Below, in pieces: positions 49,085 through 61,340 of a stretch of 64,000 nt of DNA. The notes below the pieces were generated by a model, which did not search any database, had not been told where the DNA came from, and was given only the letters and a program-made list of their open reading frames with translations. Numbering within the stretch: position 1 is the stretch's first letter; each line of letters begins with the position of its first letter. The DNA comes from Toensbergia leucococca. Its lineage: Eukaryota. A program made the translations under genes and the position numbers. Where the stretch lies: contig JALDZS010000020.1 of NCBI GenBank assembly GCA_022813965.1, forward strand, positions 62,001 to 126,000. The letters run 5' to 3'.

Positions 49085-50314
49085 AGGGAAAATCTTCTAG
49101 CGTGGGTGTTCATGGTCTAGACCAGGCATTGTTTTTTGGAGATTGGAAGAAAAGAATGAGGACCACTGATTATCGCCATTGTCTCTCGACATCACGTTCT
49201 ATCTAAAGTACCTACTCTACCTTATTATTTGTCTTGCACGCTTTGTTCAAAAACGATGACATCATTGATACTTGATTAGGGTCTAGCCCTAAGTTTAATC
49301 TCTGGTAGATTAGGTAATCCCGTATCCTATTGTAATTTTGGAAATTTCATGTGGCGCTGTTTTCCGATTAAATTCTCTCTCCCCGTTCATACGTGAATGA
49401 GACCTGGCAACAGCTGAATATTTCTTTTCTGGTTCGGTCTGAAGACTTGCTCCATATGTCCTACAACTCAATTCATCAAAGAAAACAATCCCACGAATCT
49501 TAATTTCTCGAGTATCACACCTTGCTGTCACCTAAATCCTGCGTGGCGAGTTTCGTTCAAGGAACGTGGTTGTGGAACAGGCTGAGCTTAGATGAAAAGG
49601 CTCTAAGGGTTCAAGAGACAAGCTGCTTGCCAACTATTCACAGGAGATACTGGATGAATCCAGTGGAGGAAGCTTTATAGAATTAAAAGAAGGGAGATTA
49701 CTCCCGTCGTACACGTACAAGGGGCTCCACAACGCTGGCTACTAGTACATATGCTTACAATTCCCCGAAGAACATCACACGCTGTATGGCAATGACACAT
49801 TAAGGAGGCTGCCACGCCGATATGCTTCAAATGAAGAGGAAATCTAAACATTGGCGCAGAAGAGTTGAAAGACACTCTGGCTCCTGAGGAGAATGATAAC
49901 GAGACTATCCTGCATCTTCGCCTTCTGAAACATGTGCTATTTTATTGTCCTGCGCCGAATAAGCTGGCGGGCCACCAATGCAAAATTCCGGTAATAGGGC
50001 CATCAATTCAAGAATCATGGTTTGTGTCGTCACGAATCGAAAGTTCTCGAGATTTGTGTCTCCACTGTTCTTGAAAGTCTGATGTTATCTCTTCGTGGGT
50101 CGCGTTAGTCCATGCCGCCGTGGAGGTTGTGCCCAGAACCATTTTCTCGGTCCATACCTCACATATGGATCCACTACGTCCCCGTCTCTCGCAGAACGAT
50201 AAGGATGCCTCGTCGGTTTGTAGTAAACATCAGTGGCCTCGTGATCCCGATTTTCTTCAGTTAAAGATAGAAATCTCATCTTGAATGGCTCCCTCCTTCT
50301 TCTGTCTTCTTTTC

Positions 50315-50971
50315 TCAAACCACTGTCAGCCCCGGCTTCCACGCCTGTGCAATCCTCTCGACCTCCCTGATGAATCTTCGGCTCTTGATTTGACCTCCCT
50401 TCCCTTTTCCACTCGCCACGGCCATAGGAGTATGTTCATCCGGCGTATAGAATGGATTTTGTAGCAATCCAATATATGCTGTTTGCAATGCCCTAAATGC
50501 CTGCTCCAATCCGATCAGCACTGCACCAAACACCATCTCCGTAGCCTTATTCCGAGAGCCGAAACATGACGCACAGATTTCAAGTCTCCATCCTTGATTG
50601 CTATCTTCGGCCCCTCTACCCCTCCCTTACCCCACGCATCTAGTACAATTGCGAAGCGTGCCCCTGTTCCCGTCTCCCAGCCCCAGATACTCAATCTCTC
50701 GTCAACGGACTGCAATAAACCCAAGTCCTGATCAACTCGGGTTCTGTCACGTGCGCGAAGCTCGAAGATATCAAGAGAGGCGTTGAGCAGGAAAGAGAAT
50801 TCAAGATAAGCCCCTGGATAGGTATTGTGGGGAGGATGTAGGGAGATAAGAAGAGGATTGTCCTGGAGAAACTCAGTTTCAACAGCCCATTTTGAACACT
50901 GCATGGAAAGGGGACGGCATTACATGCTTCCCAATGATTCCAATACAGGCAATTGACGGAGGCGATGCCAT
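50315..50971 (-). CDS. Sedlin-family TRAPP subunit 2-like (TRAPPC2L/Tca17)
   Basis: MASPPSIACIGIIGKH|DNPLLISL, DLGLLQ, WGWETGTGARF, |AFRALQTAYIGLLQNPFYTP and SRRF; two introns. Confidence 0.88.
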
Positions 50972-52272
50972 CGTATAGAGATGGATTGATCATTGAGAAA
51001 TGTGCAATGGATTGGTGGTCTTACCCTAATGTACGGAATATGAAGAAACGTATTACGATACTGTAATATTTGGTACCAATGTCTCTAGGCCTCTGTAATA
51101 TGTGAAAGAATTCAACGATTATCCTAGTTCATGTCACTATGATTTACCCACGTCGTGAGCATACTGCTCCCTCTGTATCTGTACTACGGATGAATTAGAA
51201 AGACCACAACAAAATACCACCGATAGAATATCAGAACCTATTTTCGAGAGTAAAAACCCTCAGCTCATCATAATTACGAGCTTGTTCGTTGGCAGTGGGA
51301 TGTGCAACGAAGAGCTCGTCCAACAAATAACGCAGAAACAGAGGTTAGTACAACATGCCGAAGACAGTTTTTTATGCATCCTTGCCCGAATCTTGAACCA
51401 TGACTATATTTGACTAAGACGTCCCATTCCCTTGTTTGGGTTTCATACGTAGTTACCAACCCAACTCTCCACTCTTTCAAAGGGAACCAGTCGCCAATAC
51501 TATTATACTGAAGCGAGAGTACCATTAGTTCTAGACATCTTCGCTGAACTTGAGGCCATAGTGAGAAGTGTGTCGTTTTGTAAATGCCATAATTGATATT
51601 CTTGTGAGGATAGTCAGGTATCTAAATCCTACCATAGATTTCAGAGAAATAGAAGATAATGCGGAGGCTTTCTCCAACCCTTGGCAATAGGTAGTGTCAA
51701 GTTCTAGTCTCTTGCAAAAATGATGTGCCACAGTTGAAAGAATATTGCCACGAATTGTTTTTCAGTCATCCATATGAGTGTCTAACAGTCGAAGATAGGT
51801 GTAAGTGATAGCAACCTCAATCGATGTGCACAAGCTCAGAAGGCAACTCTGACAAGATGGAAATACTTTACAAAGCGAGGAAAGAAAGATACACGGCTCA
51901 ACGATGAGGACAATTCAACAGCGCGAATACCCAGAAATGACCGTCTCTATCATGAAGCAAAGGCAGACATGCTTTCAAAACGACCTGAGAATAATTTATC
52001 AGATTTTACCACAATCTTCATATGATATGGTCACTGGTCAGCCGTGAAGATGAAATAAAAAATGAATTTCCCTGCGCGGAAGATGATCATCATTTCAATC
52101 TAACTGATGGAAGTAAGACGGGCCGAAGCACAGCCAATCACCGGCGTCATCAATGGACCGTCTACAGATATCACATCACCATTGACATCCCCTTCATTTT
52201 CCCCCACGACATCACGGACAATTCCACTAAACTCCCCCTTTTCTCCCCTCCTTCCAAGGAATTCCTGCAGTC

Positions 52273-53124
52273 ATGTTCTCAGTAAGATCTACAGCCGCCC
52301 TGGCGTTGCGAGGCATGCCAATATCCTACCTTAAACCAATTGCCACCATCGACTAACCCTCATTTTCTACAGCCAAGCCATCCACCACCCTCATTCCCAT
52401 CCGCACAGTCCCATGCGCGTTCATTTCATCAACATCCGCAAAGCCCGCCACCGAAATCCAAAGATCTCACGATGTCCATGGCCCACTACTCGGCGTTACT
52501 GGCAAGCCGCGCCGAGAAGTGCCATTGCCTAGTCAAGAGAAGAAGGAAGGTGTTATGCAATACGCATTGTACGTCTAGCTTTCTACCAAACTCCAAACCA
52601 GTCAATCTCCACCAGCCTGACAAAACACTCATTTACCTCCAAATTAAACCACTGACCCCGTCCCCACCTGCAGGACAACAATGGACCAAGTTGCCAATTG
52701 GGCCCGCCAAGGATCCCTCTGGCCCATGACTTTTGGCCTCGCCTGCTGCGCCATTGAAATGATGCACCTCTCCACCCCTCGCTACGACCAAGATCGGATG
52801 GGCATAATCTTCCGCGCTTCCCCCCGCCAGTCCGACGTCATGATTGTCGCGGGCACACTTACCAACAAGATGGCACCCGCCCTGCGCCAAGTCTACGACC
52901 AGATGCCCGATCCGCGCTGGGTGATTTCCATGGGCTCTTGCGCTAATGGGGGCGGGTACTATCATTATAGTTATAGTGTTACGAGGGGCTGCGATCGGAT
53001 TGTGCCTGTCGATATCTATGTTCCGGGATGTCCGCCGACGAGCGAGGCTTTGATGTATGGTATTTTCCAATTACAGAAGAAAATGAGGCATACACGCATT
53101 ACAAGACAGTGGTACCGAAAGTAA
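52273..53124 (+). CDS. NDUFS7: Mitochondrial complex I Fe-S subunit PSST (NDUFS7/NuoB homolog)
   Basis: [35 protein letters not shown] and DIYVPGCPP. Presequence exon starts at ATG 52273, followed by GC-AG intron 52313-52372 and a second GT-AG intron. Confidence 0.95.
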
Positions 53125-54120
53125 ATTGGGGAGGGGGAGCGTGAGCTTGTGTAGACCGGTGGAGTTGCATTGCCTTAGAGGGTGGTGGAAGGATCTCTCA
53201 TGAAGGTTGGCGTTGGAATGCAGCGATTTTGGTAAACAGCACGCATATATCGATTTTTGTTTCTGGTATTTCATATTCTGTGTAGATTCAATTTTGATTG
53301 AGCATGGAATTCATGTTGAAAATCAACGCTGGTGTATCATCCATTGACTCAATCTCTCCTCCCTTTTGCTGCTGCTTCAGTTGTTTCACCGTTCTCTTCA
53401 GACTCCCATAGCGGCTGCAATAGCAAAGTATTTTGTAGTCCGTCTCTTTCACTACTCTACTCGGTGTCTTATCCCCCAAATCCACTCATCCCCATCCCTC
53501 AACACATACAGACACCCTTCCCACTCCCCCGCCCAACTGCCGGCAAATCACCAGCTCAGTATGTCCTCTTCACACCTCACAAAACCTAACATCAGATGCT
53601 GCTCCCGCTCCCTGCTCATCGACTTCTTCGCTAACTCATATCCTAAGACGAGATTACGGGTGAAATCATCGAGACGGAAACAAGTGAGACGAAAAGACAA
53701 GAATTTTTGGATTGCGTCAATGGGAGGATAGGTGTTAGCCACATAACGAGGTACAATTCCTCTATCCTGTTCCGGTATGTGCTAGGATGATTTCTGTACC
53801 ATGGGATTGTTTTCTCGCGTGGAAATCACTTGAGCCATTTTTCGAGGGCAAGAGGAGGAGTCAGTCGGTAATAAAATATTAGGGATGGCAAGGTCAGATG
53901 AAAATCATATATTGTTTTTCGTCTAGTGGTAGCATCAGCTGGTCTCCATTCGTTCAAACAACCACCTCTCTAAAATATTCATCAATGACTCCCTCTGGCG
54001 CCACTTCATATGCACTCTTTACCTTAGCTCAGCCCCTCACCATAAATGTACAGCATTCATACTTTTTGAACAAACAAACATCCCGTCCCATGTCTTCAGT
54101 ATACCAACACAGCTCCTACC

Positions 54121-55442
54121 TCAGCCCTCCGCCTCCACACCTTCCGTCTCCTCCAACCCCTTCAAGCAAGCCTCAACCTCCCTCGGCTCACTGATTCCCC
54201 ACACACCTCCACCCCTGACCACATCTCTCCCTCTCATGCCCACCTCCTTGCCCACAAGATTCCTACCCACCTTCCCCGGGCCAATTCCAATCCACCGTCT
54301 CACTCCCATTTCCTGATCCACATATCGGATACTATCCCACCATCTCACAGTCTCCACGCACTGCCTCGCCAACAAATCTCTGACATCTGCCGCAGTCTCA
54401 AATGGCCGGCTCGATACATTCGAGATGCAGGGGAACAAGCCCGGAAACATTACCGTTGTATCGGCTAAGATATCTCGCATTACTGTCGCCGCAGGGGCCA
54501 TCAGGGGCGAGTGAAAGGGACTGTCAGCTTTCAATCGTACAGCTCGAGGATCGTGGCCGCCAAATTGCCGTAATTGGACTAGCAATGTACTGATCCTCTC
54601 GATATTCCCACTCAACACGATCTGATTCTTACTATTGATATTCGCAATCAACACCTGCTGGATAGGCGGAGCATGTGAGCTGGAATCAGCTTTAGATCCT
54701 GGAGATGAATGGCCGAGGAATTCATAGATAGTTTCGATTAATGAAGACAGTCTATCAGTCTCGCAGACCAACGCCACCATGCCATATTCGGCACTTTCTG
54801 ATGCGGAAGCCTCTCGACTACACCGTGCCATGACTTCAGCCCTTCGCCGTATCATTTTCAACGAATCAACATATTGCAAGAAGCCACCCGCAACGAGTGC
54901 TGCGAACTCGCCAAGGGAGTGCCCCAGCGTAACGTTCACGCGGCTGGGTGTATCAAAGCCAAAGTCTTGTTCAAGGACGCGAAGTATCATGATACTTGTG
55001 GCCATTATAGCGGGTTGGGCGTTTGGAGTCGCCGTGAGAGTAGAATTGGGGCCTTCGGCAATCATATGGGACAGTGGAAAGGAGAGAATATGGTCCACTT
55101 CTTCAAGGAACGGTTTACAAGTACGAGGAAAAGCTTGAAGCCAGGGCGTTGCCATACCAACACGCTGTACACCTTGACCTGGGAATGGGTCAGTGGGAAG
55201 TTTGTGGTAGGTATATCTGAATGCGGGGCTTCACCTGGGAAGAACAGGGCTATCCGGGGGCGGGGCGGAGCACTCGTGGAAGCCCATCTAGTTAGATTCA
55301 CAACACCAGTGAGATTATTCAACGCTGGCAGAGTAACCTGGGCATTGCACTTGGAAAAGACTCCAGCTAGGGTCCATGGTGGGCCGAAGCTGGAGGTGAG
55401 TAAAGTTCCTCTCCTGGGAAGGCTTCTAGTCAGCAGTGGCAT
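54121..55442 (-). CDS. MCT1: Mitochondrial malonyl-CoA:ACP transacylase
   Basis: ALFFPG|QG, NAQPAI, GHSLGEF, ANINS..QIVLSG, SPFHSPLM and VRW; N-terminus looks like a presequence; one intron. Confidence 0.92.
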
Positions 55443-57797
55443 TATGGAAAGTAGTGTCACCAAGCCTGCTTGGCACATGTAAAGATCTGATCTCGTCCAG
55501 CATGATGATGTGGTGATAGAGTAGGGTATGTTGAGCGGGTGGTTCTCTACATTTTCACGGGTGATGCCGAGTAGTACTGTAATATACGTAATATTATTTA
55601 ATCTACTTAGTGAATGCTCTCTGTTTTTCCATTTACCTCGAGCAACTCGAATAATTATGTGCCAGTGTCTCGTCCGGCAGGATGATAGGCTGCCTCATCC
55701 TATCTGATCTGAAGTTGGCGATCGACATGCACTGCTTTTACTCATCGATCCCAATTCTACAAAAAGGTACATATGTGAACTCAATCTCCTCCTGAGCTGT
55801 CACTATGACTCAACTTGAAACGAACCACCCGTTGATTTGACACTGTGATGTCTCCTTTGGAACCTCAGTATATGATCTGATTTAACAGCGCGTTGACATG
55901 AGTAGAAAGAAATTGAGAGCTAAAGGCGTTAGTGAAACATCTTTACTGTCTGCAAGGTCTGTGTACCAAGCTGTTGTTCTGAATGAAAGATTGAAAAGAA
56001 TTGGCATTCCATGTTTCGATTGAGTAACATGACTAGAAGGCTCAGAAGAAAAATCGGGGCTCTTTCGCACCTTCTACAAAAGACATTTACCTCTCTTCGT
56101 GGGTTAGACGAAGTTTTGAAAAGAGTAAATGAGATCTAGGGCTGTCAATCTCTCAATCGAGGGGGCGTCTCATGCTCGCCATTTGCCATCCGTTTCAATG
56201 GTCCAATCTAAGACACCGTTCCAAAACGCTGATGGATCGGAGCTGACACATGAAAGGTTTAGTGTATGGAATTGGGAGTCGCAAATTAAGAGCTCAATGT
56301 TTCGCATGCTGTCTCGTGATCTCCAAATTTTAGGCTTGACAATTTCGAACACGGGGTTTGAGGGCTCGAGTAGGTAAGCCTTGAATGTATGGAATGTGCC
56401 CCACGCCAAGATACCGAAGTATTTCCCGCGAAGCACCGATAGTCGCTCAGAGCCGCGTAGTCGCAAGAAAGGTGTGAACGCACAACCGTGATAATCGAAA
56501 AGGATTGGAAGGATCCAGGATCCAGACACTCTGCATGAGCGCTAAGCCCGCGCAGCTGACCCAAAGAGGCCGGCCATTTGATTGGAGGATGACTGTGATT
56601 GACTAGGTAGGTACCGAGGCAGTAAAAGCAGAAGCGCCAGATAAAGTATCTTACCTCAAACCTAATAAACTCAGTTTCCAGCCTTGGGTCTTAATTTGCA
56701 TCATCTGACACTTTTCAAAAGTACGGAGTACAGCCTGCTCAGATGGATTGTTGCTATTGTCTCTTTGGTACAGGCTTCGGCACAATTACGGTCAGGTAGA
56801 GGCTGAGATGTTGGTAGAGACGGGGGTAAGATCTTCCTACGAGAGCCATTAGGAGTTCATGTGGTGTCATTGCATGTTGGCAGTCGGAGATACTTGCTGG
56901 CGGCTAGCGATTCAGGTGACATTTAGTAAGCCTTTCGTATGCGTAGGCAAGGGTACCTGTACGTCAGTCCCGAGGAGCGGATTCTTGGTGAGAGTGGCGC
57001 TTTGGCACAACCATCCTGTCATCCAACAATCGCTTAGGGTCTGTGCCACGAGACCCAATCAAGCCACTTGCAGACAGCTTCACATGGGTGCGGAGGCGTT
57101 GGAAAGGCATATGCTGTCGAAGCTGTGTTGGTGCGAGTAGGCAAAGTCATTGCTAATACTTGAGCGAGAATGATTGGTACAACACAGCATTAAGATCTTC
57201 AGGTCAAGCGGGTCGGATAAGCGCACTGTTCCTGCCAGTTGCAGTTTCACACCTGCAACGATGGAACGTAGGCTAGGCAGAAAGCTTCAGCTTTTGAACT
57301 TTGAAAGGCTAAGATGATGGTGTAGCATTTTGCGTAGCACTTCATCGTGATTATTGTGGTAGTGGTGGGGGATGTCAGACACGGCCTCGAATATGGCCAC
57401 GCAAGCGATGACTGTGAGGACACGAGTAGCGCGCCTAGCTTTGAATTCCCGTTGTGAAACACAGCCAATGATGCGATATACCACCATCGCGGCTTGCTCT
57501 CATGGAAGAGCAGGGATGCCTGACCCTCAATAATCACATTCATATTACCTAGTATTTGTTTGGGAACAGCACATTAATCGCCATTCGTCTATGAAAGAGA
57601 CCAATCGTAGGGAAGAGTGGCCAACCTTGACTTCAAGTGTTCGGCGCTACTTTACACTTTAATATTTACCAACCTCACTAACGAAGTAATTTTAGAGCCA
57701 TATCACCCTTCTATGTGTGGCCCGCGGCCTGGTCCTTCCTAGTTGGTCATCATTGTGCCGCTCACCACCCCTCTTTCTTCAGAGGACGGGCTTGATG

Positions 57798-58951
57798 TTA
57801 TCACACTTGGAAAGCACTTGTACCGTGGGCTTGTCGCCAGTGCTGCACGTCGAAAAGATTCAAAAAAGCATAAGCGCGGGCGCTGCAGACCACCCGTCCA
57901 ATCATCACTGCTTATTGGAATTGGGCAGCGCGGCCTAAGACGCCAAACATAGACGAATCCCTGTCTGCGTTTAGGACAGTCCCGGCTTGAATTTTTGAAG
58001 TTGGCGTTGGCGTCCCCATCGCCAGAAGCGCATCACACAGCCGCCTTAAGCCCCCAACTTGTTCTTTCTTGCTCACTTACCATTGCGCTGGGCACCTCTT
58101 TTCTTTTTCTTTCCACTGTCTGCAGATTTCATCTTCGAAGAACCTGGAAACCTGCTTTGTGTCGACACTGCAGTTCACCCGTGTGCCGAGGATCGCGCAT
58201 TTACCGACCATTCATTGCTTTTTACCGCCTTGTGAATTTCGAACTTGGGCATCATTGCCTGTGATTACCACCTCCACCTTAGCCACTTCCCAATTTACCC
58301 AGTGTTCTCGTCAATACTTTTTATCTGCAAAGCAACCTCGAAAAGAAAAAATCTACGCAATACATTGAAGCTACTTGTCTTTGAATTTTTGACGTTACAC
58401 GGGCAGCAGACGCACAAGCGCCATCTTATCGCCGTCAATTCTTGACCACGATAGTTTTACTTCATTTTCAATTAAGCAATCCAATTTGACACCTGTGCTT
58501 CATCTTAATCCATCAGTGCGGGCAAAACATTTCCAGAGCCAGATTTTCGAAAGACTATCCTTGTCGCGTCTACGTCTAGCCTCTAAGCGCGAAAAGTCCT
58601 CACGACGGCCATATACGAGACTGTCTCCTGTTCTTAGATTCTGCACAGTGGTTCCTTAGTTGTTCAGTGTGTTGGGATTCTTCGGAAAGACGTGGCTCAA
58701 GTCCGACTCCTCTAGTGTTACTGCTCCCAGACGTAGCCGAGCCAGAGAGAGTTTTGTGGAGCTTTGGACGTCACGTACGTATTCACTTATCCGCCTTTCG
58801 CTTCATACTCTCCAGCATCGTAGAGAGTACAATCAAGAACGAGCGTGCCACCGGAGCTGTCCTGCCGCTTCATTAGGACTAAGCCAGTCAGCCTGGGGCT
58901 AAGCGCGGTAATTTGTGTTCGTTCACTAAAACAAGGGGTACAAACCACGGC
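57798..58951 (+). promoter_or_regulatory. Putative long AUG-free 5' leader of the Zn2Cys6-acetyltransferase gene
   Basis: By manual reading there is no ATG on the + strand between the ATG at 57795-57797 and the start at 58952. Pyrimidine-rich tracts lie at ~58060-58115. Confidence 0.6.
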
Positions 58952-61340
58952 ATGGCAGCAGTCGCCTCGAACCATATGCCTGAAGACTTTCGAGGTCCAA
59001 ACCCGGATCAATTTGCAGAATCTGGTCCATCGTTTACTGCAGTAAATGGAGGAACACCCCCAGCCGCGGCTCCAGCTCCAGTAATGATGCCTAAGTCTAA
59101 TCAAGAGCCTCGTAGGGAAACGGTCGAGGAAGCAAATCCCCGACCGTCTCGACCGAGTAGCCAGCTGGAGAGAAGACTATCTCCCGCTCCTCTTCGACAA
59201 CCGGATCGTGTGCAGACTCACCGGGAGCAATCAGAAGGACCAAGGTATGCTAGCAATCATTCCCGGACCCCCAGCAGTCAGCAAGCAAGGACTGCAACTA
59301 CAAGTCCGCAAAAGCGAAAGAGACTATTTGAGGAGGACTACGATGATCCGAATAAATCTTCCTTCCACAATCACGGTCTTCCTCCGAGCCCAGAAAGACA
59401 GCGGGTATATCATGACGAAGGTCGGGAGCGTGATGTACGGGATGAGCAAGTGCAGAGCAGACTAGAGCCTGTGCATGGCAGTACACCAGCGGATTCTTCC
59501 TCGCGGCCACCAAATAAGACGTCTCGAATCCATGATGTCCCTGATCATGAACGAAAAAGGTCCGGGTATGCCCCTGATCAAGAACGACAAAGATCTGAGT
59601 ACGAGGACCCGCCGAATCATTTGGGACAACCGACTAGGCCTTATTACAACCAACAAGCCGATCCGTCTGATGCCCGCCTTGTGGAAGCTTTGCGGCGAGA
59701 ACCTCATAACTATGCTTCTTACACTAGGCGTGATGAATTCGGCAGTCCAGATGGGCCTATGGATGAAGATGATGAGCATCATGCTCAGCATTATGGAGAC
59801 TACAGCACTACCCGAAGCTCTCAGTCAGGTGTTGAGCGGGATATGAAACGAAGAAAGAGAGTATTTAGCAACAGGACGAAGACGGGATGCATGACTTGTA
59901 GGAGGCGAAAAAAGAAATGTGACGAGCAGCATCCTGAATGTGAGTGACACAGAGCCGGCATGCGGAAGGGGTGAACTGACAAATTCAGGTAATAACTGCC
60001 TCCGTGGTGGATTCGTCTGCGAGGGTTATACGATGCGGAACACATGGCAGAAGCCGGCCAACGCCAAAGCCCCTATTCCGCTCCAATCCAAAAACGGCTA
60101 CACCGATGGTCCCAGTAGGCCACCGCAAGTCCAACCTCAATACGGTCAGGAGATCAGTCCTGAATACAATGAGCGACCTCAACTAGGTCAAAACCAGATG
60201 ATGGCTTCTGAAGGGGATCGGATAAAGCCAATTGTAGTAGACGAAGAACGCGAGCTATCACATTCAACAGGGAGCCCTGCAAATGCACATATAAGACCTG
60301 CGTACGCAAAGGTCGTACGACCGTATCCAAGTAATCCTCCGCATATCTCTCAGTACCAGCCTGAGTTTGATCATCGCATGACTTCGTCGATACATGACGT
60401 TCAACACGATCTTTCGGATCCTATTTCAATGCGCCCACCAGTAGCACAGCATCGATCCAACTCGAATCATTCGAATCACTATCCAGCCCATTCTTCGTCG
60501 TCACACAACCAACAAAATCCCCAAGCAGCCGCTCAAGCAGCTCTTCAACAATCAGCAGTACTCAGACCGTCTCCATCCGCACATCGACGCCGTGAGAAAA
60601 CCGAACGTGAGAAAATGCTAGAGGGAGATTACTATTTCTCATACACACCAGCTCTGACCGAAGACCGTGAGCGCTGCCTGGCCGCGCAATGGCGCTTCAA
60701 CAACTCCACAAACCCAAGCAACGGCGTAAGCTCAGAGGAGCGCTCCCGTCTCTTCAGAGCAATCCTTAAAAACCGTCCCAACCCGGAACCGCCGCAAGCC
60801 AACGGCGCCGAAGTCCCTGTTTCAACGATACCTCTCCCCATCGGGCACGTCGGCGAGCACGTTGTCGTCGAAGCGCCCTTCCACTGCGACTATGGCTACA
60901 ACATCAACATTGGCGACGACGTCCTCATCGGCGCCGACTGCCGCTTCTCCGACACGTGCCAGATCCAAATCGGCGCCAGGACGATCCTGAGTCCCAACGT
61001 CAAGCTTGTGTGTCCGACTTACCCGATTGATCCCCGGAAGAGGATGGGGAGTCTGGGGCAGTCGCTTGGAAGGAGCATCATCATTGAGGAGGATTGCTGG
61101 ATTGGGAGCGGGGTTACTATTCTAGCGGGTGTGAGGGTAGGGAAGAGCAGTACTGTTGGTGCTTCGAGTTTGATTCACAAGGTATGTTTCTGCCGCATTG
61201 TGGAATCTTTGGGCTTGCATAAGACATGACTGACGGTGGGTGGTTTTTCTTAGGACGTTCCCCCCTTCACCGTTGTGGCGGGAAACCCGCAAAAGGTCAG
61301 CCGCGGTATCTACAACGGTGGTAATGCGGACGGCTCGTAG
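58952..61340 (+). CDS. Zn(II)2Cys6 transcription factor fused to a C-terminal maltose/galactoside O-acetyltransferase-like (Mac + hexapeptide LbH) domain
   Basis: Zinc cluster RTKTGCMTCRRRKKKCDEQHPEC|NNCLRGGFVCEGY. C-terminal TEREKMLEG..Y, EAPFHCDYGYNINIG, IEEDCWIG..ILAGVRVG and |DVPPFTVVAGNP. Two introns; stop at 61338-61340. Confidence 0.93.

Noticed and set aside
56785..56850. GCTGAGA as a possible TPP riboswitch core
   Set aside because: The downstream GAACyTGAT..ATrCC..CGnArGGA elements are absent and there is no thiamine gene nearby.
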